Below, one piece after another: positions 1 to 9,290 of a stretch of 61,328 nucleotides of DNA (the stretch's first letter is position 1; each line of letters begins with the position of its first letter). The stretch comes from Bacilli bacterium (GTDB lineage Bacteria > Bacillota_I > Bacilli_A > RFN20 > CAG-826): the NCBI GenBank assembly GCA_017626815.1, contig JAGAHY010000187.1, positions 1-61,328 of the forward strand. Direction: 5' to 3'. The position numbers were made by a program, and so were the translations under genes. A model generated the notes under the pieces. The model was not told where the DNA came from. It ran no database searches and worked only from the letters and a program-made list of their open reading frames with translations.

Positions 1-135
1 CGTAAGGCTACGATTTCGCTATCCCTTCCTCTCGCCTACGCCTCACGACGCAAGCCTTGGGAGTCGCTTTGGGGTTCGTCGGCAACTACGCCCCTTGTGG
101 ACTTTCACCACAGACCGACGGCATGCCCGTCGTAC
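1..135 (-). mobile_element. Group II intron, 5' part of domain I only (continues leftwards out of the window); probably class C
   Basis: The minus strand reads GTACGACGGGCATGCCGTCGGTCTGTGGTGAAAGTCCACAAGGGGCG... This is collinear with the 5' end of the Oceanobacillus iheyensis IIC intron as I remember it (GUGUGCCCGGCAUGGGUGCAGUCUAUAGGGUGAGAGUCCC...). It begins 9 nt after a terminator stem plus U-tract, the known IIC homing context. There is no credible ORF here. Confidence 0.55.
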
Positions 136-140
136 ATGAA

Positions 141-190
141 AAAGCCGACTTGCGGCAGATTGGCACACAAGTCGGCTTTGTTTGTTTTCG
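141..190. terminator. Bidirectional intrinsic terminator after the ABC exporter operon
   Basis: 12-bp stem AAAGCCGACTTG (141-152) / CAAGTCGGCTTT (168-179). A T-rich run follows on both strands. It lies about 25 nt past the stop codon at 204. Confidence 0.75.
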
Positions 191-203
191 TTCAGAAACT
201 GAA

Positions 204-2000
204 TTAGTTATTGAACTGCGAGTTATAGATCTCGCTGTAGAGTCCACCAAGAGCCATGAGGCTGTCATGGGTACCAGTCTCGACGACGTCGCCGGCCTTC
301 ATGACGATGATGAGGTCCGCGTTCTTAATGGTGGAGAGACGGTGGGCGATGACGAAGGAGGTGCGTCCTTTGGTCAACGAATCCATCGCGCTTTGGATGA
401 GGATTTCGGTACGGGTATCGACGTTACTGGTGGCTTCGTCGAGGATGAGCATCGGCGAGTTTTCGGCCATCGCACGGGCGATGGTGACCAACTGCTTTTG
501 TCCAGCCGAGAGGGCGGAATCCTTCTGGATGACCGTATCGATGCCCTGCGGCAAGGTGGAGACGAAGTGATCGAGGGAGGTTTCCTTCAAGATTTCGTTT
601 AGCCTGTCCTCAGAGACGTTTTTGAGGTTATAGACGATGTTCTCGCGGAGGGTGCCGTTGATGACCCAGGTTTCCTGCAAGATCATGCCAAACACGGTGC
701 GAAGTTCTTCGCGGGTCATGTCGTGGATGGAGACGCCGTCGACTAAGATATCGCCTTTGGTGGTCTCATAGAAACGCATGAGCAAGTTGACCAAGGTGGT
801 TTTGCCGGCGCCGGTAGGACCGATGATGGCGACCTTCATGCCCGGTTTGATCTTCTGGTTGAAGTCTTTGATGGTGAGCTTGGTCGGATCATAACCGAAA
901 GCCACATGGCGGAATTCGACTTCGCCGCGGATATTGGCGTGGTCGAGGAGGCCTTTCTTCTTCTCGGATTCGTCGGGGAGTTCTTCTTCGGCAAGGAAGT
1001 CGAAGACACGACCCGCGGCGGCGATACCAAGTTGGACGGTAGAGCCGATTTGGCCGATTTCCGAAAGCGGCTGCTGGAACAAGGAAACGTAGACGAGGAA
1101 GCCCGTGATGAGGCCGAGTTCGATTTGGTTGTTGGTATAGAGGATACCGCCGACGATCATGATGGCCGCGTAGGTGAGGTAAGAGAGGACGCTCATGACC
1201 GGCTCGATGATGCCACCGAGGGCTTGCGAGACATACAACGTCTTGCCAAGGGCGCCGTTACGCTGTCTGAACTGCGCGTTCTTACGCTCTTCGGCGCCGA
1301 ACGCCTTGATGACGATTTGGCCAGTGAAGCTTTCTTCGACTTCGGCGTTGACTTCGCCTAAGAGGTTTTGGTTCTTGGCAAACATCGGGGTCGCGAAGCG
1401 GAAGATGACGAAGATGGCAATGAGGATGATGGGGAGCGAGATCAAGACGACGAGCGCCATATGCCACTCGGAGATGAACATCGCGATGATGACGCCAACG
1501 AGGGTGACGACTGCCTGAACCGCCAAAGTAATGGAGTTTTGCAAGGAAGTGGAGAGCGCGTCGACGTCGTTGGTGATGACGGAGAGGATGTCACCGATTT
1601 GCTTGGTGTCGAAGTAATTCAGCGGCATCTTGTTGGTCTTCTCGCTGATGGAGGTACGGATGTCGCGGCTAAGCTTTTGGACGGCGACATTGAAGACCAT
1701 GCCGGAGATCATCGAAAGCACGAAGCTGACGACGATGAAGATAAGCAAGGTGATCGCGTTTTGGGTGAAGAGGTCCATCTTGACCTGAACCATGCCATTG
1801 GCCCCAACGTCCAACATCGCCGGAGAGATGAGGTTGGTAAGGGTTTGGACATAACGCGGGGTGAGGATGGAGAGGATCGCAGAGCCGATGAGCAAGATGA
1901 TCGAAATCACCATCGGCACATAGTATTTACGGGCGAACTTGAAGAGGTCTTTGAGACGGGCAAAGTTATTCGCTTTTTCAGCGTTAATTACTTTTGACAT
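204..2000 (-). CDS. ABC exporter, fused permease/ATPase (multidrug/lipid exporter type), subunit B of a heterodimer
   Basis: 598-aa ORF with N-terminal TM helices followed by an NBD. Walker A GPTGAGKTT, signature LSAGQKQ, Walker B LILDEATS. Confidence 0.9.
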   Translation of the reverse strand: MSKVINAEKANNFARLKDLFKFARKYYVPMVISIILLIGSAILSILTPRYVQTLTNLISPAMLDVGANGMVQVKMDLFTQNAITLLIFIVVSFVLSMISGMVFNVAVQKLSRDIRTSISEKTNKMPLNYFDTKQIGDILSVITNDVDALSTSLQNSITLAVQAVVTLVGVIIAMFISEWHMALVVLISLPIILIAIFVIFRFATPMFAKNQNLLGEVNAEVEESFTGQIVIKAFGAEERKNAQFRQRNGALGKTLYVSQALGGIIEPVMSVLSYLTYAAIMIVGGILYTNNQIELGLITGFLVYVSLFQQPLSEIGQIGSTVQLGIAAAGRVFDFLAEEELPDESEKKKGLLDHANIRGEVEFRHVAFGYDPTKLTIKDFNQKIKPGMKVAIIGPTGAGKTTLVNLLMRFYETTKGDILVDGVSIHDMTREELRTVFGMILQETWVINGTLRENIVYNLKNVSEDRLNEILKETSLDHFVSTLPQGIDTVIQKDSALSAGQKQLVTIARAMAENSPMLILDEATSNVDTRTEILIQSAMDSLTKGRTSFVIAHRLSTIKNADLIIVMKAGDVVETGTHDSLMALGGLYSEIYNSQFNN

Positions 2001-2002
2001 CT

Positions 2003-3784
2003 TTAGTTACCTCCTTTAGCAGTGGCTGCCTTGGGGGCAAGGCCAAGTTCTTCTTTGCTTAGCTGAGACAAGGCGATTTCCTGATAGACGGGGCAATTAC
2101 GCACGAGGTCGGCGTGTTTGCCTAAGCCCACCACTTCGCCTTTGTCGAGAACGACGATTTGGTCCGCGTCCATGATGGTGCCGACACGCTGCGCGATGAT
2201 GACGCGGGTGACGCCAGGCATGGATTCTTTGATGTTCTGGCGGACGACTTTGTCGGTGCGGTAGTCCAAAGCAGAGAAGGAGTCGTCGAAGATAAGGATT
2301 TCCGGGAATTTGGCGACGGAGCGAGCGATGCAAAGACGCTGTTTCTGACCGCCGGAGAAGTTGGTGCCGCCTTGGGCGACTTCGGACTCATATTGCTCGC
2401 GCTTGGCTTCAACGAATTCGCTAGCGCAGGCGATATCGGCCGCTTTCTTTACATCCTGCATCGTCATTTCCGGATTAGAGAAGGCGATGTTATCGCGGAT
2501 GTTACCTTTGAAAAGGAAGCCGCGTTGCGGGGTATATCCGATTTTTTTGCGAAGATCTTCCTGGCGGACGTCTTTGACATTGACGCCGTCGACGAGGACT
2601 TCGCCGCTAGTGGCATCGGCAAAACGTGGGATCATGTTGATGATGGTCGTTTTGCCCGAGCCGGTAGCGCCGATGAAGGCGATGGTCTCGCCCTTCTTGA
2701 CTTTGAAGCTGACATGGGAGACCGATTCTTTATCCGCGCCAGGATAGGCATAGCCGACGTCGCGGAATTCGATGGTGCCCGTTTCCGTGAAATCGACGGG
2801 ATGCTCGGGATCGGTGATGGATTCGAGGTGGACAAGGACCTCACGGATACGTCTCGCGGAGACGGTGGCACGCGGCCAGAGAAGGATGATCGAGATGAGC
2901 AAGATGAAGCCCATGACAATCTGCGAGGCCAACATGACGAAGGAGTTCGTCGCGGCGAAGGCCACCGTGGCATCGTCCATGTTGAAGTTGCCATTGAGGA
3001 TGAAGCAGGCGATCCACAAGATCGTCAGCGTGAGTCCCATCATGACAAACATGACAAACGGGGTGAAGAAGGCCAGAGCCTTAGCGACGAAGATTTGTTT
3101 CTTGGTGAATTCGAGGTTGACCTTTTCGAACTTATCTTCCTGATATTTCTCGGCGTTGAAGGCGCGGACGACGCGGATGCCGGTGAGGTTTTCGCGGCTG
3201 GCGACGTTAAGGGCGTCGGTCAAGCGTTGGACGGCTTTGTACTTGGGGATGACCAAGAGGATCAAGAAAATGACGGCAACGACGAGCAAGACCAGCCAGA
3301 CGATGGTGCCGACGGTCAATTGCGGTACGCCGGTTTGAACAAGCAAGATGATGGACCAGACCATCGTGATCGGAGCGACGAAGACCGTGCGTAACGCGGT
3401 CAATAAGGCCAAGTGGACATTCTGGATGTCGTTGGTCGTCCTGGTGATGAGGGATTCGGTGGAGAATCCAGCCATGTCGGCGAGGGATAACGCGTTGATC
3501 TTCGTGTAGAGTTCATTACGAGTTCTGGTCGCGATGGAGCTGGCGGTCGCGGAGGCGATGATGGAGATGATCGTCTGCGCGATGGCAAGCAGCAACGCGG
3601 AGAGAATCATCCAGAAACCATTTTTCCAGATTTCATCAAGGTCACGACGCTGGACGACGGCCATTAACTCATTGACGCAGCCGACGACAGCCATCGTGAA
3701 GTAAACCTGCACGACGGTGAGTAACACGATGACAAAGATCGATACCCAGTTCCGCACGGTGAATTTTTTGAATAAATAACCCAT
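2003..3784 (-). CDS. ABC exporter, fused permease/ATPase, subunit A of a heterodimer
   Basis: ORF track gives 2003..3835. I moved the start to the ATG at 3784 (MGYLFKKF), which is preceded by AAAGGAAA. Walker A GATGSGKTT, signature FSGGQKQR, Walker B LIFDDSFS. There is a 2-nt gap to the partner gene. Confidence 0.88.
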   Translation of the reverse strand: MGYLFKKFTVRNWVSIFVIVLLTVVQVYFTMAVVGCVNELMAVVQRRDLDEIWKNGFWMILSALLLAIAQTIISIIASATASSIATRTRNELYTKINALSLADMAGFSTESLITRTTNDIQNVHLALLTALRTVFVAPITMVWSIILLVQTGVPQLTVGTIVWLVLLVVAVIFLILLVIPKYKAVQRLTDALNVASRENLTGIRVVRAFNAEKYQEDKFEKVNLEFTKKQIFVAKALAFFTPFVMFVMMGLTLTILWIACFILNGNFNMDDATVAFAATNSFVMLASQIVMGFILLISIILLWPRATVSARRIREVLVHLESITDPEHPVDFTETGTIEFRDVGYAYPGADKESVSHVSFKVKKGETIAFIGATGSGKTTIINMIPRFADATSGEVLVDGVNVKDVRQEDLRKKIGYTPQRGFLFKGNIRDNIAFSNPEMTMQDVKKAADIACASEFVEAKREQYESEVAQGGTNFSGGQKQRLCIARSVAKFPEILIFDDSFSALDYRTDKVVRQNIKESMPGVTRVIIAQRVGTIMDADQIVVLDKGEVVGLGKHADLVRNCPVYQEIALSQLSKEELGLAPKAATAKGGN

Positions 3785-4123
3785 GTGTTTTCCTTTCTTT
3801 TGCGGATCTATATGAAGCCCCGGAATCCGAAGCAAGAACAGTGTTAATGCCCCGATTTAGCGTTTTTCTAATCATGAAGATTAGTCAGCCCTAAATAGAG
3901 ACAGCTAGGCAACATTGAAGCCTTTTGAAGAGCCGCTAAAGCCCTACCGTACGATAAAATGGACGTTGAAACGTCACCATATCGACAGTTTTTTATAAAT
4001 AAAAGCTCGGCGATGCCATGGCAATATTAAAACACTCACAAATTCGACAAAGAATCACAAAATCACGAAAAAAGGCTATATCTTGCCGTTAATAATACAC
4101 TTGGTGGTGAAATGTCCTACGAA

Positions 4124-4786
4124 CTACGAGTTAAGTTGCTGCGTAGCAACATTAGTTGCTTGGCCGTCTTCTTTTTCGCCAAGGTCACGCAGCAGCAGTG
4201 TGAAGGTTCTGCCGATGAAGCGGCAGGCTTCCTGAACGTCTTCCTTTGGGAAAGCGCCATTAGGATATTCGGCTATTTTTTCCATCTGGCACTCGTAGAT
4301 GGAGCGGAATGCCCCAAACACAAAATGAACAAGATAGTCATTTTCTTTGGTCAGTTCTTTGCCAATCATCTGGGCAAAGAAGGGTCGGTAATTCGCAAAT
4401 AAGGCGGAAAATACGACGTCTTTCGGGAGATCTCCATTGCTGGAGACAAGGTGGGAGAATTGGACGTGGTAACGTTGGAAGAAATCCACGGCGAACATCA
4501 GTCCTGCATAATTGGCTTCCTCTAAGTCCGGTTGCTCATGCTGGCTTTGCCATAACACGTATGCCGTGCCATATTCATCATTGATTCGTGAAGTGAAGGC
4601 TGCGGCAAGAGCGTCGTATTTGTTTTTATAGTATTTATAGAAGGTCATCTTGTTGACCTTGGCCTGTTGGCAAATGTCGCGGGCCGTCACGTGCTCGAAC
4701 TCTTTTTTCTCCAGCAATGAGAAAACCGCGTCTTCAATCGCTTTTAAGGCATCGCGCGTTCTCTTGCTGATTTTTTCCGTGGCCAT
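4124..4786 (-). CDS. TetR/AcrR family transcriptional regulator
   Basis: 220-aa ORF with an N-terminal HTH (TARDICQQAKVNKMTFYKYYKNKYD). It lies upstream of and co-directional with the ABC exporter pair. Confidence 0.8.
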   Translation of the reverse strand: MATEKISKRTRDALKAIEDAVFSLLEKKEFEHVTARDICQQAKVNKMTFYKYYKNKYDALAAAFTSRINDEYGTAYVLWQSQHEQPDLEEANYAGLMFAVDFFQRYHVQFSHLVSSNGDLPKDVVFSALFANYRPFFAQMIGKELTKENDYLVHFVFGAFRSIYECQMEKIAEYPNGAFPKEDVQEACRFIGRTFTLLLRDLGEKEDGQATNVATQQLNS

Positions 4787-5122
4787 GGGAACTCCTCGTT
4801 TTTTTGCACTACTGATTATATATTCTCAACAAAATATGAAACGGGAATTTCGCGCATGACGGACTTTTTCTTTCTTAAAATATATGGATTTATTTCCCAT
4901 TACTGGTGCCGAAGAAAACGTTAACGGTGGCAAAGCACAGAAACAAGCCTATGCGAACGCCTTCATAATCGATAACGCAAGAGCAAATCTTTGGATAGCG
5001 TACAAAGAAAATGTTCTTCTTTCGGTGCCTCTAAGAGAAAACAATTTTTGCCTTTGGGACATGCTTAAACACCGCTTTCTGGCAAGTCTATTTTTAAACT
5101 TTTTTCGCGCTAGCATGAAGCC

Positions 5123-6379
5123 ATGAAACAAGAGATATACGCGGTCATCGACTTAAAGAGTTTCTACGCCTCCTGCGAATGCGCAGCTCGTGGTTTAGAC
5201 ATTTTTAAGACGCCCCTAGTGGTCGCGGATAAGTCCCGCTCGGTCAACTCCATCGTGATGTCTGCGACCCCGTTTTTGAAAGCGAATTACCGCATTCCCA
5301 ACGTTTGCCGCATTAACGATTTGCCCGATGTTCCCGGCATGATCTATGCCAAACCCCGAATGTCCTATTATCTAGAAATGTCCGCAAAAATCGTCTCTTT
5401 GTTCTTAAATTACGTCGCTGAAGAGGATTTGCACGTCTATTCCATCGATGAATCCTTCCTCCGCTTAACTCCCTATCTAAAACTCAATAACTGCGATGCG
5501 GACACATTAGTCTCCCGTATCCAAGAAGACATCAAAGAACAGTTTGGGCTCACCGCGACAGCAGGCATGGGGCCCAACATGTTCTTAGCCAAGACATGTC
5601 TTGATAACGAAGGCAAGAAACGTCCTCCCTACCGCGCCTATTGGGGCATGGAAGATGTGCCGACCAAGTTATGGAAGATCGCCCCCATCACCGACGTTTG
5701 GGGCATCGCGGGAGGCATCAGCAGAAGGTTGTCCCGCATGGGCATTCGCAGCATGGAATCCTTAGCCAAGGCATCCCCTTACGCCTTGCAGAAAGAATTC
5801 GGTGTCATCGGATTGGAACTACACGATTTATCTAACGGCATCGATAACACGGACATCACCAAAAAATACATCCCGAAAGAGGTTAGTCTCTCCCAAGGCC
5901 AAGTCTTAATGAAAGACTACACCGTCGAAGGGGCCAGAATCGTGGTCAAAGAAGTCGTCGATGAACTTTGCATCCGCCTACGAAGCGCCGATATGAGGAC
6001 AGGCCTAGTCAGTCTATTCATTGGTTATTCTTCGTCTTCAGGCGGAGGCGGGCTTCACCATCAAAGCGCCCTAAATGTCGCTACCGACGATAACGAGATA
6101 CTCTTTGACGCCGTTAACCGCATCTATGACCGTTATATCGAAAATCACTATATCCGTAATATCGTGGTCAGCTTTGGAAAGCTCACCTCTTATGAGGGGG
6201 ATCATCAGCAGTCTTTGCTGGATGATGAAGAGGAACTTCTAGAAAAAAGAAATCTACGCAAAGCCATGGACCACATCAGCGAGCTCTATGGTCGTAACGC
6301 CGTCTTACGGGCTTCGAGCCTGCTCGACGATTCGACGGTCATCCGCCGTCATGGTTTAATCGGAGGACATAACGCATGA
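5123..6379 (+). CDS. Y-family DNA polymerase (ImpB/MucB/SamB; UvrX/YqjW-like)
   Basis: 418 aa. The N-terminus reads AVIDLKSFYASCEC...PLVVAD, and SIDESFL provides catalytic acidic motifs typical of Y-family polymerases. Confidence 0.85.
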   Translation: MKQEIYAVIDLKSFYASCECAARGLDIFKTPLVVADKSRSVNSIVMSATPFLKANYRIPNVCRINDLPDVPGMIYAKPRMSYYLEMSAKIVSLFLNYVAEEDLHVYSIDESFLRLTPYLKLNNCDADTLVSRIQEDIKEQFGLTATAGMGPNMFLAKTCLDNEGKKRPPYRAYWGMEDVPTKLWKIAPITDVWGIAGGISRRLSRMGIRSMESLAKASPYALQKEFGVIGLELHDLSNGIDNTDITKKYIPKEVSLSQGQVLMKDYTVEGARIVVKEVVDELCIRLRSADMRTGLVSLFIGYSSSSGGGGLHHQSALNVATDDNEILFDAVNRIYDRYIENHYIRNIVVSFGKLTSYEGDHQQSLLDDEEELLEKRNLRKAMDHISELYGRNAVLRASSLLDDSTVIRRHGLIGGHNA

Positions 6380-6693
6380 GACACGAAGATCGGGGCATGG
6401 TGAAATACGCCCCTTATAAATCCTTGGTCGAGCAGGCTTCCTATTTAGCCAGAATCCGAGAAGAACATAGATATGTAAAAAAGCGTCAGCTCTCCCAAGA
6501 TCAAGCCGAGGAAATCAACGAAATTCTCACCCATTATGATGGAGAGGTTATCCGCTTGGAATATTGGAAATCCGGGAAAATGTTGGAGGAATGCGGCGTA
6601 ATTTGGAAAATCGACCCTTTTCAGCGCATGATCTACATCAACGAAGCCAAAATTGCGTTAAATGCGCTTCAATCCCTGTCTATTTGCGACTAA
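6376..6693 (+). CDS. YolD-like protein (accessory partner of Y-family polymerases)
   Basis: 105 aa with an ATGA overlap on the polymerase stop. The DRGMVKYAPYKSL motif and the pairing with a Y-family polymerase resemble uvrX-yolD and yqjW-yqzH. Confidence 0.65.
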   Translation: MRHEDRGMVKYAPYKSLVEQASYLARIREEHRYVKKRQLSQDQAEEINEILTHYDGEVIRLEYWKSGKMLEECGVIWKIDPFQRMIYINEAKIALNALQSLSICD

Positions 6694-6732
6694 TTCGTTC
6701 GAAAAGAAAGTAGCATAACCCACTTCTAAAAC

Positions 6733-6786
6733 AAAAACGGCAACGAGAGCCTAACGCAACATTAGGTTCGGGTTGCCGTTTTACAG
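6733..6786. terminator. Bidirectional intrinsic terminator between the yolD-like gene (+) and a small ORF (-)
   Basis: Arms AAACGGCAAC (6735-6744) / GTTGCCGTTT (6772-6781), with an inner CCTAA/TTAGG stem. T-runs follow on both strands. Confidence 0.7.
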
Positions 6787-6796
6787 GATGTCCGGG

Positions 6797-6958
6797 TTAG
6801 CGATCGTTATCGCGGATGAGGGCAAATTGGCTATTGCCACCGAAGCTCGCAGCAGAGAGCTGAGCATTCGCATAGGCGCCAGCGATACGGGAATTGACTT
6901 CGGTGTTCTCGAAGTCGTCGTCGTAACGGACCTCTTCTTCGTCATAGGAATTGAACAT
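6797..6958 (-). CDS. Small acidic hypothetical protein (53 aa), absent from the ORF track
   Basis: MFNSYDEEEVRYDDDFENTEVNSRIAGAYANAQLSAASFGGNSQFALIRDNDR. A strong SD (GAAAGGAGG) lies 8 nt before the ATG. It has its own promoter-like site and terminator. The two overlapping track ORFs lack any signals. Confidence 0.5.
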   Translation of the reverse strand: MFNSYDEEEVRYDDDFENTEVNSRIAGAYANAQLSAASFGGNSQFALIRDNDR

Positions 6959-7005
6959 TGGGCCAACCTCCTTTCAGTTGCTCCGTATTTCATCGGAGCC
7001 GCATA

Positions 7006-7033
7006 ACTATAGGCCTGTCCAAAAAATACTCAA
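7006..7033 (-). promoter_or_regulatory. Candidate sigma-A promoter for the 53-aa ORF
   Basis: Minus strand TTGAGT-16 nt-TATAGT. It is followed by a leader hairpin GCTCCG/CGGAGC (6980-6999). Confidence 0.4.
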
Positions 7034-7161
7034 TAGGTTTGGCCGCGTTTGGAAACGCTTACAGGATTTTCAAAGAATTTCAAGTTAAAAGTGTCGATAA
7101 CTACTGTATTTATATGGAAGCGCATACATGGTTTTTTCGCTTCCATGGAAAATGTTTCAGC

Positions 7162-8388
7162 TTAAAAAGCCCAGTTTCCGTCACGGAAGATAGGAATCTC
7201 TTTGCCGTCTTCGGTCGTACCGATAATGTTGAGATCCTTGGAACCAATCATGAAGTCGACGTGACTCATGGATTCGTTGATGCCAAAGGAATGGAGTTCC
7301 TCTTCGCTATATTTCTCAAAGTTCGGATAAAGGTTGGTGAAACCCATGCCTAAGGCAAGGTGGCAGGCCGCGTTTTCATCATAGAGGGTGTTATAGAAAA
7401 GTAAGCCCGTGTTGTTGATGGGGGAATCATAAGGCACCAAGGCACATTCGCCTAAATACGCGGAGCCTTCGTCGATATGAAGGATGGACTCTAAGGCTTC
7501 TTGGCCTTTTTCCGCATGCACTTCCACCGCTTTCCCTTCGTGGAAACGGACATAGAAATTATCGATTAACGTGCCGCCATAGGATAATGGTTTCGCCGAA
7601 TAGACGATGCCTTCCGCCTCGCCGCGCATCGGGGAAGTAAAGACTTCTTCGCTGGGGATATTGGGCTGATAATACACGCCTTCTAAGGTGGATTCGCCAC
7701 CCCCGAGGAAGATGACGCCAGGGATGAGCCCTACCGTCAAATCCGTGCCATTAGAGGAAGCGTAATGCAATTTCTTTAATCTTAAGCCATTGAGGTAATC
7801 GCAACGGGCTTTCAGATTCTTATCATGCTCTTGCCAGTTGGCGATGCCGTTGCCATCCATCGCCCTAGAGGTGGTCAGAATCGCTTCCCAAAGTTTCTCC
7901 ACCGCTTTGTTCTTGGGGAGATCCGGGAAGATCTTCTTTGCCCATGCGGCAGAAGGAACGCCGGCGATGCACCACTGGTAATGGTTCTCGCGGATGACGC
8001 GGAAGGGATAGATGGCCGCGCGTCTCTTATTCCGGATATAAGAGAGTTTCTTTTGGTCTAAGCCTGCCATGCCATCAGGGTCTTCCGATTCGAGATAAAT
8101 CATCGCGGGTAATTCTTGGTTGATCCACTTCTGCTTCTCCAGTAGATAAGGGAGGGTCTCCGCGAGGGCCTCCTTGTTTCCTTTCTTATAGGCGATGCGG
8201 GAACAGGCCTCACTGCTCCATTCCAAAAGGACGTGCTTGGCGCCTGCTTTATAGCATTCTTCGACAACCAAGGCCGTGAAGGGTTCAATCTTCACGTCGG
8301 AGACAATCATGACGCTTTGCCCTTTCTTTAACGCGACGCCGGAACGGACAATCAATTCGGCGTATTTTTTTAATAAACTTTTCTTCAT
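7162..8388 (-). CDS. Aminopeptidase, M29 family (AmpS/PepS-like)
   Basis: 408 aa. The N-terminus KKYAELIVRSGVALKKGQ and the overall length are typical of the thermophilic metalloprotease M29 family. Confidence 0.8.
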   Translation of the reverse strand: MKKSLLKKYAELIVRSGVALKKGQSVMIVSDVKIEPFTALVVEECYKAGAKHVLLEWSSEACSRIAYKKGNKEALAETLPYLLEKQKWINQELPAMIYLESEDPDGMAGLDQKKLSYIRNKRRAAIYPFRVIRENHYQWCIAGVPSAAWAKKIFPDLPKNKAVEKLWEAILTTSRAMDGNGIANWQEHDKNLKARCDYLNGLRLKKLHYASSNGTDLTVGLIPGVIFLGGGESTLEGVYYQPNIPSEEVFTSPMRGEAEGIVYSAKPLSYGGTLIDNFYVRFHEGKAVEVHAEKGQEALESILHIDEGSAYLGECALVPYDSPINNTGLLFYNTLYDENAACHLALGMGFTNLYPNFEKYSEEELHSFGINESMSHVDFMIGSKDLNIIGTTEDGKEIPIFRDGNWAF

Positions 8389-8452
8389 TCGAACATTCCT
8401 TTCACAAAAGCCTTTATACTATAAACCGTCGCCAAAAGGAGGATAGTAAATT

Positions 8453-9262
8453 ATGTCCGAAGCCATCCAAAAACAGAAAAAACTGAACAAATTCTGGCTA
8501 ACTTGGAACCTTGTGGAGTCCATCGTCTTGTTTGCTGGAGGAATCTTAGCCATCGTCGCCGGCATCATCGCGGTTCAAAATGGTGGTTCCACCAACCCCA
8601 ACATCGAAAACGCTATCGCCTATGTCGTCGCCTCTTTTGTCATCTTGGATGGAATTCTGCGAATCGCCATGTACCTGCTTCGCGGACAAACCGACGAGGA
8701 GCAGTCTCCCCTAGTCATTTCTGGTTTTGAGATCTCGTTAGGTGTCTTGCTCATCCTCATCCAAAGCAAATTCACCGCCCAGCACATCTTCACCTATATG
8801 GTCGTGAACCTCATCGCCATCATCTTGATGGTCATGGGCGCTCTTTTGATGGTCTACGCCATTTATTTAATCGCCAAGAAACATGGCAAATTATTCATGC
8901 CCGTGATGGAAATATTGTTCTCCGCCATCTTAGTTGGCGTCGGTATCGTCATCGAAGTTCTTTATAACACGGAGTCCTCTAGGGAACAGCTCGTTCTCAT
9001 CATGACGGGCTCGGTTCTTTGCCTGGCCGCGATTGGCATGTTCGCCATCACCTTAATCACCCGAAGGAAAACCAAAAAGGAAATCGACTTAGCGGAGAAA
9101 GAAGAACGTGGCGATTACGCGGTCGCGAAAGAGCCCATCCCACAAAAAGAAAAGCCGATCGTCGAGGAAGCAAAACCCGCGGATATCGTTGATGTTGAGG
9201 AAACCGAACCCGATAAACCAAAAGCCATCAAAGGACCTAAAGGAATCGGTAGAAAAAAATAA
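8453..9262 (+). CDS. Polytopic membrane protein (HdeD/DUF308-like) with a charged C-terminal tail
   Basis: 269 aa with about six hydrophobic helices arranged in pairs and a K/E/P-rich tail. SD AAAGGAGGA lies upstream. Confidence 0.55.
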   Translation: MSEAIQKQKKLNKFWLTWNLVESIVLFAGGILAIVAGIIAVQNGGSTNPNIENAIAYVVASFVILDGILRIAMYLLRGQTDEEQSPLVISGFEISLGVLLILIQSKFTAQHIFTYMVVNLIAIILMVMGALLMVYAIYLIAKKHGKLFMPVMEILFSAILVGVGIVIEVLYNTESSREQLVLIMTGSVLCLAAIGMFAITLITRRKTKKEIDLAEKEERGDYAVAKEPIPQKEKPIVEEAKPADIVDVEETEPDKPKAIKGPKGIGRKK

Positions 9263-9290
9263 GAAGGCCGCAAAACCTTCTTATTTTTTA
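9253..9290. terminator. Bidirectional intrinsic terminator
   Basis: Stem ATAAGAAGG (9259-9267) / CCTTCTTAT (9276-9284), flanked by an A-run and a T-run. It overlaps the stop of the phoH-like gene. Confidence 0.7.

Noticed and set aside
57-3394. Long plus-strand ORFs (57..602, 906..1361, 1368..1997, 2159..3394) rich in D/E/G/R
   Set aside because: They are antisense shadows of the two minus-strand ABC exporter genes, which have clear Walker and signature motifs. The shadows have no SDs or motifs and an unnatural composition.
5006-5017. AGAAAATGTTCT palindrome as a possible LexA (Cheo) box upstream of the Y-family polymerase
   Set aside because: The half-site spacing is GAA-N4-TTC, not GAAC-N4-GTTC. 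It does not fit the Firmicute LexA consensus.
7114-7146. 9-bp hairpin ATGGAAGCG/CGCTTCCAT after the M29 aminopeptidase gene, as a possible terminator
   Set aside because: No U-run follows the stem on the minus strand. I left it unannotated as a generic hairpin.
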